NCBI GenBank assembly: GCA_964453345.1
Contig: CAYVOC010000018.1
Location: 1-31,103 of the forward strand
Reading direction: 5' to 3'
Length of the DNA stretch: 31,103 nucleotides
DNA from: an uncultured Aquificales bacterium
GTDB lineage: Bacteria; Thermosulfidibacterota; Thermosulfidibacteria; Thermosulfidibacterales; Thermosulfidibacteraceae
Part shown: piece after piece, positions 1 through 8,498 of the stretch
How positions within the stretch are numbered: position 1 is the stretch's first letter
How the letters are laid out: each line of letters opens with the position of its first letter
Made by a program: the position numbers and the translations under genes
The notes under the pieces: model-generated
Seen by the model: the letters and a program-made list of their open reading frames with translations, nothing else
Database searches by the model: none
What the model was told of the DNA's origin: nothing

Positions 1-39
1 TACTATAATGCCCAAAACACCGCTTTCCCACCCACACCA

Positions 40-426
40 TCACCTAACAACCTTAACGAATTCTGTATTCCACACATCAACCACAAACTGCCCCTTTTCG
101 AACTTCACAAATCCCCTGAGGTAGAGGCGATCACCGGGAATCACCTCAGGAACCTTCTGGGTATGGAATTTGATTTTCAAACAGCCCAGCTCGATTTCCT
201 TTTCCTTCACCCTCTTTACGGATCCGGTTATGCGCACGAATCTTCCCTCATACCTTGCAAGCTCGCTGCACCTGTCGCCGCTTACGGTAACATCCAGCCT
301 GCCAGAGGACACCCTATCCACCCTAACCCTTCTCTCAAGGTAGCCCTTAGCCACCCTGTTGAAGTGCAGATAGAAGGAGAAGGCTGCGGCCAGGGCAAAT
401 ATGGCTATGCCTACGAATCTTCTCAT
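40..426 (-). CDS. Hypothetical membrane-anchored/exported protein with probable OB-fold
   Basis: 128 aa. N-terminal hydrophobic helix (MRRFVGIAIFALAAAFSFYLHF). OB-fold-like beta patterns YEGRFVRITGSV and PGDRLYLRGFV. Start overlaps the upstream PLD stop by 4 nt (ATGA, 423-426). Confidence 0.7.
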   Translation of the reverse strand: MRRFVGIAIFALAAAFSFYLHFNRVAKGYLERRVRVDRVSSGRLDVTVSGDRCSELARYEGRFVRITGSVKRVKEKEIELGCLKIKFHTQKVPEVIPGDRLYLRGFVKFEKGQFVVDVWNTEFVKVVR

Positions 427-932
427 CTGCGCCAGATCCTCTCAAACTCCCTCTCGTATATTGCAGCTATCTTTTCAGATTCAAAGACGAGAAGATTCTC
501 ATAGTTGAGCTTTTCGGCAGAGGCGGTCCAGTTGAAGGAACCTGTCAGAAGCACCCTGCCATCCACCACCGCGAACTTGTGATGCATAAGCCCCACCCTC
601 CCCCTCATACCCGGTGGAGGGGAGACAAGCTTCACCGGTATTCCCCTCTTCATCAGATAGTTGTGCTTGGAATACCTGCTGCCGAGGGCAAACTTTCTGT
701 CAAGGATCACCCTCACCTTCACTCCCCTTCTGTAGGCCCTGACCAGGGCCTTGGCTATGGGTCTTGAGGTGAAGGCATACATGGCCACATCTATGCTCTT
801 TTTAGCCCTGTCAAGCTGGTATATCACGGCGTCCGTGCAGCCGCCCTTGGGGCTGAAGAAGACCACCACATCCCCCGCAAGGGCGGCCCCGAAAAGGAAA
901 AGAAGAAATACAGCCGTGTAGATCCGCCTCAC
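423..932 (-). CDS. Phospholipase D superfamily protein, single HKD (Nuc-like endonuclease), with signal peptide
   Basis: HxK(x4)D(x6)GSxN motif MHHKFAVVDGRVLLTGSFNWT. Also VFFSPKGG, AKKSIDVAMYAFT, RGVKVRVILD and NYENLLV, typical of Nuc-like PLDs. Start moved from 1019 to GTG at 932, which has GGAGGT just upstream and begins a signal peptide (MRRIYTAVFLLFLFGAALA). Confidence 0.9.
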   Translation of the reverse strand: MRRIYTAVFLLFLFGAALAGDVVVFFSPKGGCTDAVIYQLDRAKKSIDVAMYAFTSRPIAKALVRAYRRGVKVRVILDRKFALGSRYSKHNYLMKRGIPVKLVSPPPGMRGRVGLMHHKFAVVDGRVLLTGSFNWTASAEKLNYENLLVFESEKIAAIYEREFERIWRR

Positions 933-959
933 TTCCCACCTCCACAGGATTTTGAGAAA

Positions 960-988
960 CTTATAGACACCGGATATTGAAAAATCAA
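960..988 (-). promoter_or_regulatory. Candidate sigma70 promoter for the PLD operon
   Basis: Minus strand reads TTGATT-N17-TATAAG, about 28 nt upstream of the GTG start at 932, in an AT-richer intergenic region. Confidence 0.45.
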
Positions 989-1005
989 AGCCCTTGGGGT
1001 AATGT
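977..1005 (+). promoter_or_regulatory. Candidate sigma70 promoter for rplI-dnaB
   Basis: TTGAAA (977-982)-N17-TAATGT (1000-1005). The -10 match is only moderate. Confidence 0.35.
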
Positions 1006-1044
1006 TCAAACCCCGGCATTCAAGTAGGGCAGGAGGAGAGGACC

Positions 1045-1488
1045 ATGAAGGTGATTCTCAAGGAAGATGTTGAGGGACTCGGCAGGGCTGGAGACATTGT
1101 CAATGTGAAGGACGGATACGCAAGAAACTACCTCATCCCCAGGGGGCTTGCGCTGAGGGCCACCGCACGCAACGTCAAGGCCCTTGAGAAGCAGAGGGAG
1201 ATGATCCTTCAGAAGATCAACAAGGAGAAGAAGCGCTATCAGGCCTTTGCAAATAAACTGTCCGAGCTGAACGTGGTGATAAAGAAGAAGGCGGGAGAAG
1301 AGGGCAAGCTCTTCGGATCCGTCACCTCCAGGGATATAGCAGAGGCCCTCGAGGCGATGGGGTATGAGGTTGACAGAAAGAGGATAGAGCTTGAGGAACC
1401 CATAAAGTCCGTGGGCAAATACACCGTCAAGGTGAAGCTGCCCTATCAGATAGAGGCCGAGCTTGCTATTGAGGTCGTTCCCGAATAG
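1045..1488 (+). CDS. rplI: 50S ribosomal protein L9
   Basis: [36 protein letters not shown] and GKLFGSVT signatures. 147 aa. AGGAGG RBS. Confidence 0.99.
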   Translation: MKVILKEDVEGLGRAGDIVNVKDGYARNYLIPRGLALRATARNVKALEKQREMILQKINKEKKRYQAFANKLSELNVVIKKKAGEEGKLFGSVTSRDIAEALEAMGYEVDRKRIELEEPIKSVGKYTVKVKLPYQIEAELAIEVVPE

Positions 1489-1503
1489 GGGTAAAATACC
1501 CCT
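1487..1503 (+). promoter_or_regulatory. Perfect inverted repeat between rplI and dnaB
   Basis: AGGGGTA-AAA-TACCCCT overlaps the rplI stop and ends 3 nt before the dnaB ATG. No U-tract. The structure is seen directly; its function is inferred. Confidence 0.5.
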
Positions 1504-1506
1504 GCC

Positions 1507-2889
1507 ATGAAGAATGCTTCCGAGCTGGTAGGCGTCCTTCCGCCCCAGAGCGTTGAAGCGGAAAAGAGCGTTCTCGGGGCGGTCTTTCTGGATAACCAAT
1601 CCCTTCTGAGGATTATCGACCTCATAACCCCCGAGGACTTCTACAGAAAGGCCCACTCGTATATATTCTCCGCCTTTTTGAGGCTCTTTGAGCGGGGAGA
1701 CCCCATAGATCTGGTAACCGTCCACGACGAGCTGGAGAACATGGGGGTTCTGGAGCAGGTGGGGGGGCCGGAATACCTCATGGAGCTTGCCGAATTCGTC
1801 CCCACATCGGCGCACATAGTCAAATACGCCCAGATTGTTAAAGAGAAGGCCATACTGAGGGAGCTGATAAACACCTGCCACGACATCATTCGCAAGTGCC
1901 ACGAACCGGACAAAGAGGTGGAAGAGCTGCTGGATGAAGCAGAAAGGCAGATCTTCGCCATATCCGAAAAGAGAACGAGAACGGATTTTTCCCCTGCAAG
2001 GGACCTGGTGAAGCTTGCCATCGCCCAGCTTGAAAAGCTCGCCGAAAAGAGGGAGCTTATAACGGGCATCCCCACCGGATACTACGACTTCGACCACCTG
2101 ACTGCAGGGCTGCAGCCCTCCGATCTGATCATCGTTGCCGCAAGGCCAAGCATGGGAAAAACCGCCTTCGTTTTGAACATAGCCACAAATGTGGCGCTGG
2201 AGGAGGGCAAGAGCGTCGCCATATTCAGTCTGGAGATGTCCAAGGAGCAGATAGCCCTGAGGATGCTCTCTTCCGTTGCAAGGGTAAACTACCAGAGGAT
2301 AAGAACGGGCAGGGTCTCCTCCGAGGAGTGGAAGAGAATTATAGATGCCGCGGCGGAACTTTCGGATGCCCGCATATTCATTGACGACACACCCGCCATG
2401 ACCGTTCTCGAGATGAGGGCCAAGGCGAGAAGACTGCAGGCCGAGCACGGGCTGGACCTTGTGATAGTTGACTACCTCCAGCTCATGAGGGGGAGGGTGA
2501 GAAGGGAGAACAGGCAGCAGGAGATCTCCGAAATCTCAAGGTCCCTTAAAGGGCTCGCCAAGGAACTCAACGTTCCCGTCATAGCGGTATCCCAGCTCTC
2601 AAGGGCCGTTGAAAGCAGAACGGATAAAAGGCCCCAGCTTTCGGACCTGAGGGAGTCCGGAGCGATAGAGCAGGACGCCGATCTTGTTGTGTTCATATAC
2701 AGGGATGAAGTTTACAACAAAAACACCCCCGAACCCAACGTGGCAGAGATAATAATAGGAAAGCAGAGAAACGGTCCCCAGGGAGTTGTCAAGCTGACCT
2801 TCCTCAAGGAATACACAAGGTTTGAAAACTATGAAGAAGAGAATACTGCTTACGACGATGCTGGCGATTCTGATCAGTTCGCCTTCTAA
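1507..2889 (+). CDS. dnaB: Replicative DNA helicase DnaB
   Basis: PPQSVEAEKSVLG, Walker A AARPSMGKT, IVDYLQL, SDLRESGAIEQDAD, KQRNGP. 460 aa with no intein. Confidence 0.99.
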   Translation: MKNASELVGVLPPQSVEAEKSVLGAVFLDNQSLLRIIDLITPEDFYRKAHSYIFSAFLRLFERGDPIDLVTVHDELENMGVLEQVGGPEYLMELAEFVPTSAHIVKYAQIVKEKAILRELINTCHDIIRKCHEPDKEVEELLDEAERQIFAISEKRTRTDFSPARDLVKLAIAQLEKLAEKRELITGIPTGYYDFDHLTAGLQPSDLIIVAARPSMGKTAFVLNIATNVALEEGKSVAIFSLEMSKEQIALRMLSSVARVNYQRIRTGRVSSEEWKRIIDAAAELSDARIFIDDTPAMTVLEMRAKARRLQAEHGLDLVIVDYLQLMRGRVRRENRQQEISEISRSLKGLAKELNVPVIAVSQLSRAVESRTDKRPQLSDLRESGAIEQDADLVVFIYRDEVYNKNTPEPNVAEIIIGKQRNGPQGVVKLTFLKEYTRFENYEEENTAYDDAGDSDQFAF

Positions 2890-3370
2890 GGGCGACCTGC
2901 TCAAGAGAATAGCGGAAAGATACGCCCGCTTCTCCAGCATATCCGGAGAGTTTGAGCAAAAGGTCACCTTCTCCGATGGGAGGACAAAAACCTTTGAGGG
3001 CAACTTCACCATAGGCGATGACAGAAGCAAGTGGGTTTACTATCCGCCCAACGAGCAGACGGTCATAACAAAGGGGGACAGGGTTTACATATACGATCCC
3101 TTCTCGGGACAGGTGCAGGAGGGAAAGCTGGAGTTCCCCCTGATATACAACAGGCTCTTCTCGGACCCGGAAAGGCTGAAGGAATTTTTCAGAATAGAGG
3201 AAGAGAAGGGAAGGCTGGTCATGATCCCGAAAAGGGAGAGCCAGGTCAAACGGATAGTGGTTGTTCTGGACAGGGACCTTGAAATCAAAGGGGTATGCAT
3301 AACCGACTCCATGGATAACAGAACCTGCATAACCTTCAAAAGGGTTAAGGTGAAGAGGAATGCTCGTTGA
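2831..3370 (+). CDS. lolA: Outer-membrane lipoprotein carrier protein LolA family
   Basis: Signal peptide MKKRILLTTMLAILISSPSKG. SISGEFEQKV and KWVYYPPNEQTVITKGDRVYIYDP match the LolA pattern. Start uncertain (TTG 2822, ATG 2831 or ATG 2858). Confidence 0.85.
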   Translation: MKKRILLTTMLAILISSPSKGDLLKRIAERYARFSSISGEFEQKVTFSDGRTKTFEGNFTIGDDRSKWVYYPPNEQTVITKGDRVYIYDPFSGQVQEGKLEFPLIYNRLFSDPERLKEFFRIEEEKGRLVMIPKRESQVKRIVVVLDRDLEIKGVCITDSMDNRTCITFKRVKVKRNAR

Positions 3371-3707
3371 GGTAATCTACGAAAGGGCGAGCACCGCTGA
3401 AAGGGCGGTCGCCTTCATTCTTGATCTCATGACCGTGGACTTGCTCTTTGCAGCCCTTAAAATTGCAGGGATCAAAACCGGATGGCTATTCCTATACATC
3501 GCCTACTTCTCCAGCTTTGAAGGGATCCTGGGAAGGGGCCTCGGCAAGTGGGCGCTCAATCTGAAGGTAACAGGGGAAGACGGAAGGGCACCGGGGCTGC
3601 TGAGGGCAGCGGCAAGATCCCTTACGCTTCCTCTGTCCTTGGCCTTTGCAAGGCCCATACACGACAGGATAACAGGAACCCACGTGGTAAGAGTTGAAGA
3701 GGCTTGA
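3360..3707 (+). CDS. RDD family membrane protein
   Basis: RAVAFILD, GRGLGKWALNLKV, LRAAARSL and IHDRITGTHVV give the R-D...D signature. Hydrophobic. Confidence 0.88.
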   Translation: MLVEVIYERASTAERAVAFILDLMTVDLLFAALKIAGIKTGWLFLYIAYFSSFEGILGRGLGKWALNLKVTGEDGRAPGLLRAAARSLTLPLSLAFARPIHDRITGTHVVRVEEA

Positions 3708-4782
3708 TCGCTACATAATTCAGGAGGTGCTCACCCCCACCGGCGTGGCCTTTCTGATACTGTCCGCCGTAATGGTTCTTTCCCAAATGTTCACCTTGGT
3801 GAGCCTGGTGGCAGGATCCGGAAGGCTGCTTTCGGGATTACTGGTGATAGTGGCCGCAACCGTTGCCCTCTCAAAGCTAACCCTGCCCGCCTCCTTCCTT
3901 GTGGGATGCACCACCGCCTTCAACAGGATGTCCATGGACCTCGAGATAACAGCAGCAAGAAGTCTCGGGATATCCTTCAAAAGGCTGGCCATGCCGGCGC
4001 TTCTGACGGGCGCTGTTTTGAGCCTGCTTTTGCTCATCGTAAACATGTATGTAAGCCCGTGGGGCTACAGAAGCGCCAAGGCCATGGCCCTGCAGATACT
4101 GCTTAGCAAGAAGAACTATGGGATAGAAGCCAACAGTTTCTGTGAAGTGGCCCCCGGATTGACGGTATACGCCCGCAAAGTAGAGGACAGGTGGCTCAGG
4201 GATCTCATCATATTTGATATGAGAAACAGGGACAAAACGGTGGTAATAGAGGCCCAAAAGGGCATAATAAAGAGAACGGCCCACGGCGCCCTATCCGCCG
4301 ACCTATACAACGGAAGCATAATCTCCGTTGAGAACAGCGGGAAGGAAGAGACCATAAGCTTTGAGAAGATAAGGCAGCGCATACCCATAGGCGGAAAGGG
4401 CATCCTGAGTAAGCCCACAAAGAGGGAGCTGCCCCTGCCCCAGCTCATAAAACGCTTGGAAAGGGAAAGGGGTGATCGCAAACACCACACGGAAACCCTC
4501 ATGCACCTGCACAAAAGGATAGCTTTGGCCCTTTCCCCCGTAATCTTTGCGCTGGTATCCATCCCCCTCTCAATGGGTCTGCACAGGAGGGAGAGGTGGA
4601 GCTCGGCAGGGCTATCCGCCGCCATCTTCGCGGGATACTTCGGACTCCTATCCCTGTCCCAGAACCTCATATACAGGGGACTTCCCCCCATGATAGCCGC
4701 CTGGATGCCGAACCTTCTGTTTGCAGCGGCGGGCATAGCAATGCTAAGGCGGATTGACGGCAGGCACGGAGCCTTCCGATGA
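3694..4782 (+). CDS. lptF: LPS export ABC transporter permease, LptF/LptG family (LptF-like)
   Basis: TTG start MKRLDRYIIQE. NRMSMDLEITAARSLGIS, HKRIALALSP and AAWMPNLLF. Three TM helices, a periplasmic domain, then three more TM helices. Confidence 0.9.
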   Translation: MKRLDRYIIQEVLTPTGVAFLILSAVMVLSQMFTLVSLVAGSGRLLSGLLVIVAATVALSKLTLPASFLVGCTTAFNRMSMDLEITAARSLGISFKRLAMPALLTGAVLSLLLLIVNMYVSPWGYRSAKAMALQILLSKKNYGIEANSFCEVAPGLTVYARKVEDRWLRDLIIFDMRNRDKTVVIEAQKGIIKRTAHGALSADLYNGSIISVENSGKEETISFEKIRQRIPIGGKGILSKPTKRELPLPQLIKRLERERGDRKHHTETLMHLHKRIALALSPVIFALVSIPLSMGLHRRERWSSAGLSAAIFAGYFGLLSLSQNLIYRGLPPMIAAWMPNLLFAAAGIAMLRRIDGRHGAFR

Positions 4783-5855
4783 GTTCCCAAAGGGGCATAT
4801 ACCACAGATACGTGCACAAAGAGCACGCCAAAATCTTTGTTATGGTGCTCTTTGCCATGTCCCTTCTGTTTGTGGCTGCAAACTTCCTCGATGTGGTGGA
4901 CGACGCCTTAGAAAGGCATGTCTCCGTCCTCTACGCCCTCGCCGTCTCCACCCTGAGGCTACCCCGGGCCCTGAAGGAGCTGGGGGGCATCTCCATTCTC
5001 ATATCCGTCCTCCTCTTCATGGTGATAGCCTCAAGGAACCTTGAGACCGTGGTGCTGAGGGCCCTTGGGGTTGAGCTGGGAAAGCTCAAAAAGGTCTTTC
5101 TCATCCAGGCATCGGTGCTTTCGGTGCTGCTGCTCATCAACTCCCTGTTCATCGCACCAAGGGCGCTTCTTATGGCAAACGATCTATACCACGGAGCCAT
5201 CAAGGGAGAGAAGCGATACAAGAGGGTATCGCCTGTGAAGATGTGGCTGAAGCACAGTGGATTCATCTGCTATCTCGGCTTCTTTGACGAGAAAAGGGCA
5301 AATATAAGGGATCTGCGCTGCTACAACAGGAAGGAAAAGAAAATCGTGGTCTCGCCCTTAGTAGTGTGGAGAAAAGGATGGGTGGCGAAAGGGATGAAGG
5401 AGTGGATCTTCAAGGGCAACACCTCCAGCTTCAGAAGGTTCAGGGCAAGGGCCATTGACTTTTTACCGCCTCCCGAGGATATTGCGAGCCGCAAAAAGAG
5501 GATCGCCGAGATGGACGGCCTTGAGCTTATAAGCATCCTCTCATCCCTCTCGGCGGAGGGCATAGACAACACCCCCTATGCGAGGGAGCTTGCAAACAGA
5601 ATCTTTGTCTCCCTTTTTCCTCTCGCCATGGTTCTCCTGGCCTTTCCCTTGGGGGTGACGGAACCGAGGCGGGCACAGGTGAGCCTCGCCTTCGTAAAGG
5701 GAATACTCATGGCCCTTGCAGCCTACGGGGCATACTACTCGGCAGGCGCCCTTGGAGGAAGCGGGATATTGCATACCTTTCTCACATCGGCTATACCCTT
5801 CGGGCTGGTGCTCTGGCTGGGCAGAAGATTCTCAGAAAGGGTTGACAGATGCTGA
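4779..5855 (+). CDS. lptG: LPS export ABC transporter permease, LptF/LptG family (LptG-like)
   Basis: Paralog immediately after lptF (ATGA overlap). IYHRYV, SRNLETVVLRALGV and NRIFVSLFPLAMVLLAFP. Same topology. Confidence 0.85.
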   Translation: MSSQRGIYHRYVHKEHAKIFVMVLFAMSLLFVAANFLDVVDDALERHVSVLYALAVSTLRLPRALKELGGISILISVLLFMVIASRNLETVVLRALGVELGKLKKVFLIQASVLSVLLLINSLFIAPRALLMANDLYHGAIKGEKRYKRVSPVKMWLKHSGFICYLGFFDEKRANIRDLRCYNRKEKKIVVSPLVVWRKGWVAKGMKEWIFKGNTSSFRRFRARAIDFLPPPEDIASRKKRIAEMDGLELISILSSLSAEGIDNTPYARELANRIFVSLFPLAMVLLAFPLGVTEPRRAQVSLAFVKGILMALAAYGAYYSAGALGGSGILHTFLTSAIPFGLVLWLGRRFSERVDRC

Positions 5856-6724
5856 AGTATGAAGAACCGGTATTCAGGCCGCCGAGCGAGGCCAGATCCC
5901 TCATATTCCAGATAACCATCGGATGCTCCTACAACAGGTGCACCTTCTGCGGCATGTATAAGACCAAGAAGTTCAGGATCAAGCCCCTGCAGGAGGTTTT
6001 TGAGGAGATAGAGTGGGCAGCACGCACCTATCCCGCCGTCAAAAGGGTCTTCTTAGCCGACGGGGATCCCTTGGTGGTTCCCACGGATTACATGCTGCAG
6101 GTTCTTGAAAAGCTTTACAAAAGCTTTCCCGCCCTCGAAAGGGTGGGGACCTACGCCACCCCGCAGAACCTTCTGGAAAAGAGGCCCGAGGAGCTGAAGA
6201 GCATCAGGGACGCCGGACTTGTGATACTGTATGTGGGGGTTGAGAGCGGAAGCGACAGGGTGCTCAGCATGGTCAAGAAGGGAGTCAACCACCATCAAAT
6301 AGTGGAGGCTCTTCTCAAGGGGAAAGATGCGGGCTTTACCCTGTCCACCACCTTCATCCTGGGCCTCGGCGGCAGGGATCTGTGGGAAGAACACGCCACA
6401 GAGTCGGCAAGGGTGGTGAACGAAGCCGCTCCCCACTACACCGCCGCCCTCACCCTAATGCTCATCCCCGGAACCCTTCTGCATCACCAGGCGCAGAAGG
6501 GCATATTCAAGATCCCCACCCAGCGCCAGATAATGAGGGAGATGCTTCTCTTTGTGGAAAACATAAAAGTTCACACCATCTTCAGATCCAACCACGTGTC
6601 AAACCTGGTTCCCATAAAGGGGACCCTTCCCGAGGACAGGGAAAGGCTTGTGAACCAGCTTGCCGGATACGTTTTGATGACACCCGAGGAGCCCCTGCCC
6701 TCCACCTGGCTGGGGCCCTTCTGA
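5849..6724 (+). CDS. Radical SAM protein of unknown function
   Basis: CxxxCxxC motif CSYNRCTFC. YEEPVFRPPSEARSLIFQITIG, VFLADGD, YVGVESGSD, FRSNHVSN. Confidence 0.93.
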   Translation: MLKYEEPVFRPPSEARSLIFQITIGCSYNRCTFCGMYKTKKFRIKPLQEVFEEIEWAARTYPAVKRVFLADGDPLVVPTDYMLQVLEKLYKSFPALERVGTYATPQNLLEKRPEELKSIRDAGLVILYVGVESGSDRVLSMVKKGVNHHQIVEALLKGKDAGFTLSTTFILGLGGRDLWEEHATESARVVNEAAPHYTAALTLMLIPGTLLHHQAQKGIFKIPTQRQIMREMLLFVENIKVHTIFRSNHVSNLVPIKGTLPEDRERLVNQLAGYVLMTPEEPLPSTWLGPF

Positions 6725-6739
6725 AGAAAGGGGGGTATC

Positions 6740-7393
6740 ATGGAGATAAACTGGGGCAAAGACGGGCTCATTCCCGCCGTAGTCCAGGATGCAGAAAGCC
6801 GGGAAGTTTTAATGGTGGCCTACATGAACGAGGAGGCCCTGAAAAAGACGGTTGAAACCGGATACGCCCACTTCTTCTCCCGCAAAAGGCAGAGGATCTG
6901 GAAGAAGGGAGAGGAGTCGGGAAACACCCTCAAGGTTAAATCCATAAAGATTGACTGCGACGGAGACACCCTGCTGCTCGAAGTAGAGGCGAAGGGGCCA
7001 GCCTGCCACACGGGACACAAAAGCTGCTTCTACAGGGATCTTGATGGGAAAGAGCTTGTCGCACCGGAAAAGCAGGACCTCTACGAGTGCAACTGCTCCA
7101 TCCTGGAGAGGGTGTATGAGGTGATCCTGGAAAGAAGGGCCAACCCGCAGAGAACGGATTCCTACGTGGCGTCCCTCTTCAGAAAGGGGCTCGACAAGAT
7201 CCTGAAGAAGGTGGGAGAGGAGGCATCCGAGGTGATAATAGCCTGCAAGAACCAGAAGGATGAGGAGATAGTATACGAGGTTGCCGATCTGTTCTTCCAC
7301 GTGCTTGTGGCCCTCGGCTACTTTGACATAGCCCCCGTTCGCATATATGAAGAACTCTGCAGAAGATTTGGCAAATCGGGGTTGAGGAAATGA
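6740..7393 (+). CDS. hisIE: Bifunctional phosphoribosyl-AMP cyclohydrolase / phosphoribosyl-ATP diphosphatase
   Basis: HisI part: [35 protein letters not shown]. HisE part: [24 protein letters not shown]. Confidence 0.98.
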   Translation: MEINWGKDGLIPAVVQDAESREVLMVAYMNEEALKKTVETGYAHFFSRKRQRIWKKGEESGNTLKVKSIKIDCDGDTLLLEVEAKGPACHTGHKSCFYRDLDGKELVAPEKQDLYECNCSILERVYEVILERRANPQRTDSYVASLFRKGLDKILKKVGEEASEVIIACKNQKDEEIVYEVADLFFHVLVALGYFDIAPVRIYEELCRRFGKSGLRK

Positions 7394-7599
7394 AGTTTGA
7401 GGAAGCGCTGAACAGGATAGAGGAGATCGTAAACCGGCTTGAGAACGAGGATCTGGAGCTGGAAGAAAGCATAGCCCTGTTTGAAGAGGGAATGAAACTG
7501 GTAAGGGAGTGCGAAAGGATGCTGGAAGAGGCAGAAAGAAAGGTGGAGATTCTGGTCAAAAGGGACGAGGGATTCTCAACGGAACCCTTTGAGCCATGA
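7390..7599 (+). CDS. xseB: Exodeoxyribonuclease VII small subunit
   Basis: [35 protein letters not shown]...L..AERKV. Classic xseB-ispA-dxs order. Confidence 0.97.
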   Translation: MKFEEALNRIEEIVNRLENEDLELEESIALFEEGMKLVRECERMLEEAERKVEILVKRDEGFSTEPFEP

Positions 7600-8498
7600 C
7601 GGAAAGGCTGCTCAGATACATAGAGGAAAAAAAGAGGCTCGTTGATGAACGGCTAAACAGACTGGTCCCTCCGGAAAACACTCCCCCTGAAAGCATCCAC
7701 AGGGCCATAAGATACGCCCTCTTTCCCGGGGGCAAAAGAATAAGGCCCATTTTGTGCATAGCAGCCGCTGAGATAACGGGAGGGAGCGCCGAGGACGCTC
7801 TCGCCGCCGCCTGCGCCATAGAGCTTATCCACACCTACTCCCTCATCCACGACGATCTGCCCTGCATGGATGATGACGACTTCAGAAGGGGAAGACCCAC
7901 GGTCCACAGGGTGTTCGGGGAGGCCATAGCCGTTCTGGCAGGGGACGGCCTTCTCTCCCTGGCCTTTGAGGTTCTGACGGACGCCAACAACTACCCGGAC
8001 CCCAGCCTGCCCAGGATCCTCACGGTGGCGAATGAAATAGCCGTGGCCTCAGGAACCAGAGGGATGGTGGGCGGACAGGTGGCGGACATAGAAGCGGAAC
8101 AAAAAAGGGAACACTCCCTGAAGGAAGTCAAATTCATACACATGAACAAAACCGCAAAAATGATCACCGTGTCCCTGAGGGCGGGAGCGATCCTGGCGGG
8201 AGCAAGCCACAGGGAAATCGAAAGGCTGTCCCTTTACGGAGAAAGGCTGGGGCTGGCCTTCCAGATAACAGACGATATACTCGGCGAGATAGGGGACGAA
8301 AAGAAGCTGGGGAAACCGGTAAAAAGGGATAGGGAAAAGAACAAGGCCACCTACCCTGCAGTGGTTGGAATAGAAGAATCCAGAAAGGAGGCCAGAAAGC
8401 TTATAGAGGAGGCAAAACAGGCCCTTGACATTTTTGAGGAAGAAAAATGCTGGATGCTAAAGGAGCTTGCGGACTACGTGTTGGAGAGGGAGAGATAG
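7596..8498 (+). CDS. ispA: Farnesyl/geranylgeranyl diphosphate synthase
   Basis: GGKRIRP, first Asp-rich motif IHTYSLIHDDLPCMDDDDFRRG, GMVGGQ, FQITDDIL, KATYP. Confidence 0.96.
   Translation: MTERLLRYIEEKKRLVDERLNRLVPPENTPPESIHRAIRYALFPGGKRIRPILCIAAAEITGGSAEDALAAACAIELIHTYSLIHDDLPCMDDDDFRRGRPTVHRVFGEAIAVLAGDGLLSLAFEVLTDANNYPDPSLPRILTVANEIAVASGTRGMVGGQVADIEAEQKREHSLKEVKFIHMNKTAKMITVSLRAGAILAGASHREIERLSLYGERLGLAFQITDDILGEIGDEKKLGKPVKRDREKNKATYPAVVGIEESRKEARKLIEEAKQALDIFEEEKCWMLKELADYVLERER

Noticed and set aside
1..42. Minus-strand frame stays open past the TGA of the 128-aa ORF (WCGWESGVLGIIV), suggesting readthrough or selenocysteine; a TGATG-coupled next gene is also possible
   Set aside because: Only 13 codons are visible, there is no redox motif, and no SECIS can be assessed. 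TGA is an ordinary stop elsewhere in the window.
933..1019. N-terminal extension of the PLD ORF given in the ORF track
   Set aside because: It spans the promoter region. GTG 932 has a strong RBS and starts the signal peptide.
1006..2448. 480-aa antisense ORF opposite rplI-dnaB
   Set aside because: Shadow frame of conserved genes. No recognisable motifs. Long antisense ORFs are expected from codon bias.
1507..2889. Possible intein in DnaB
   Set aside because: Normal length and contiguous helicase motifs. No splicing motifs seen.
7390..7599. xseB without adjacent xseA
   Set aside because: Separation is common. xseB-ispA-dxs without xseA is the E. coli arrangement.
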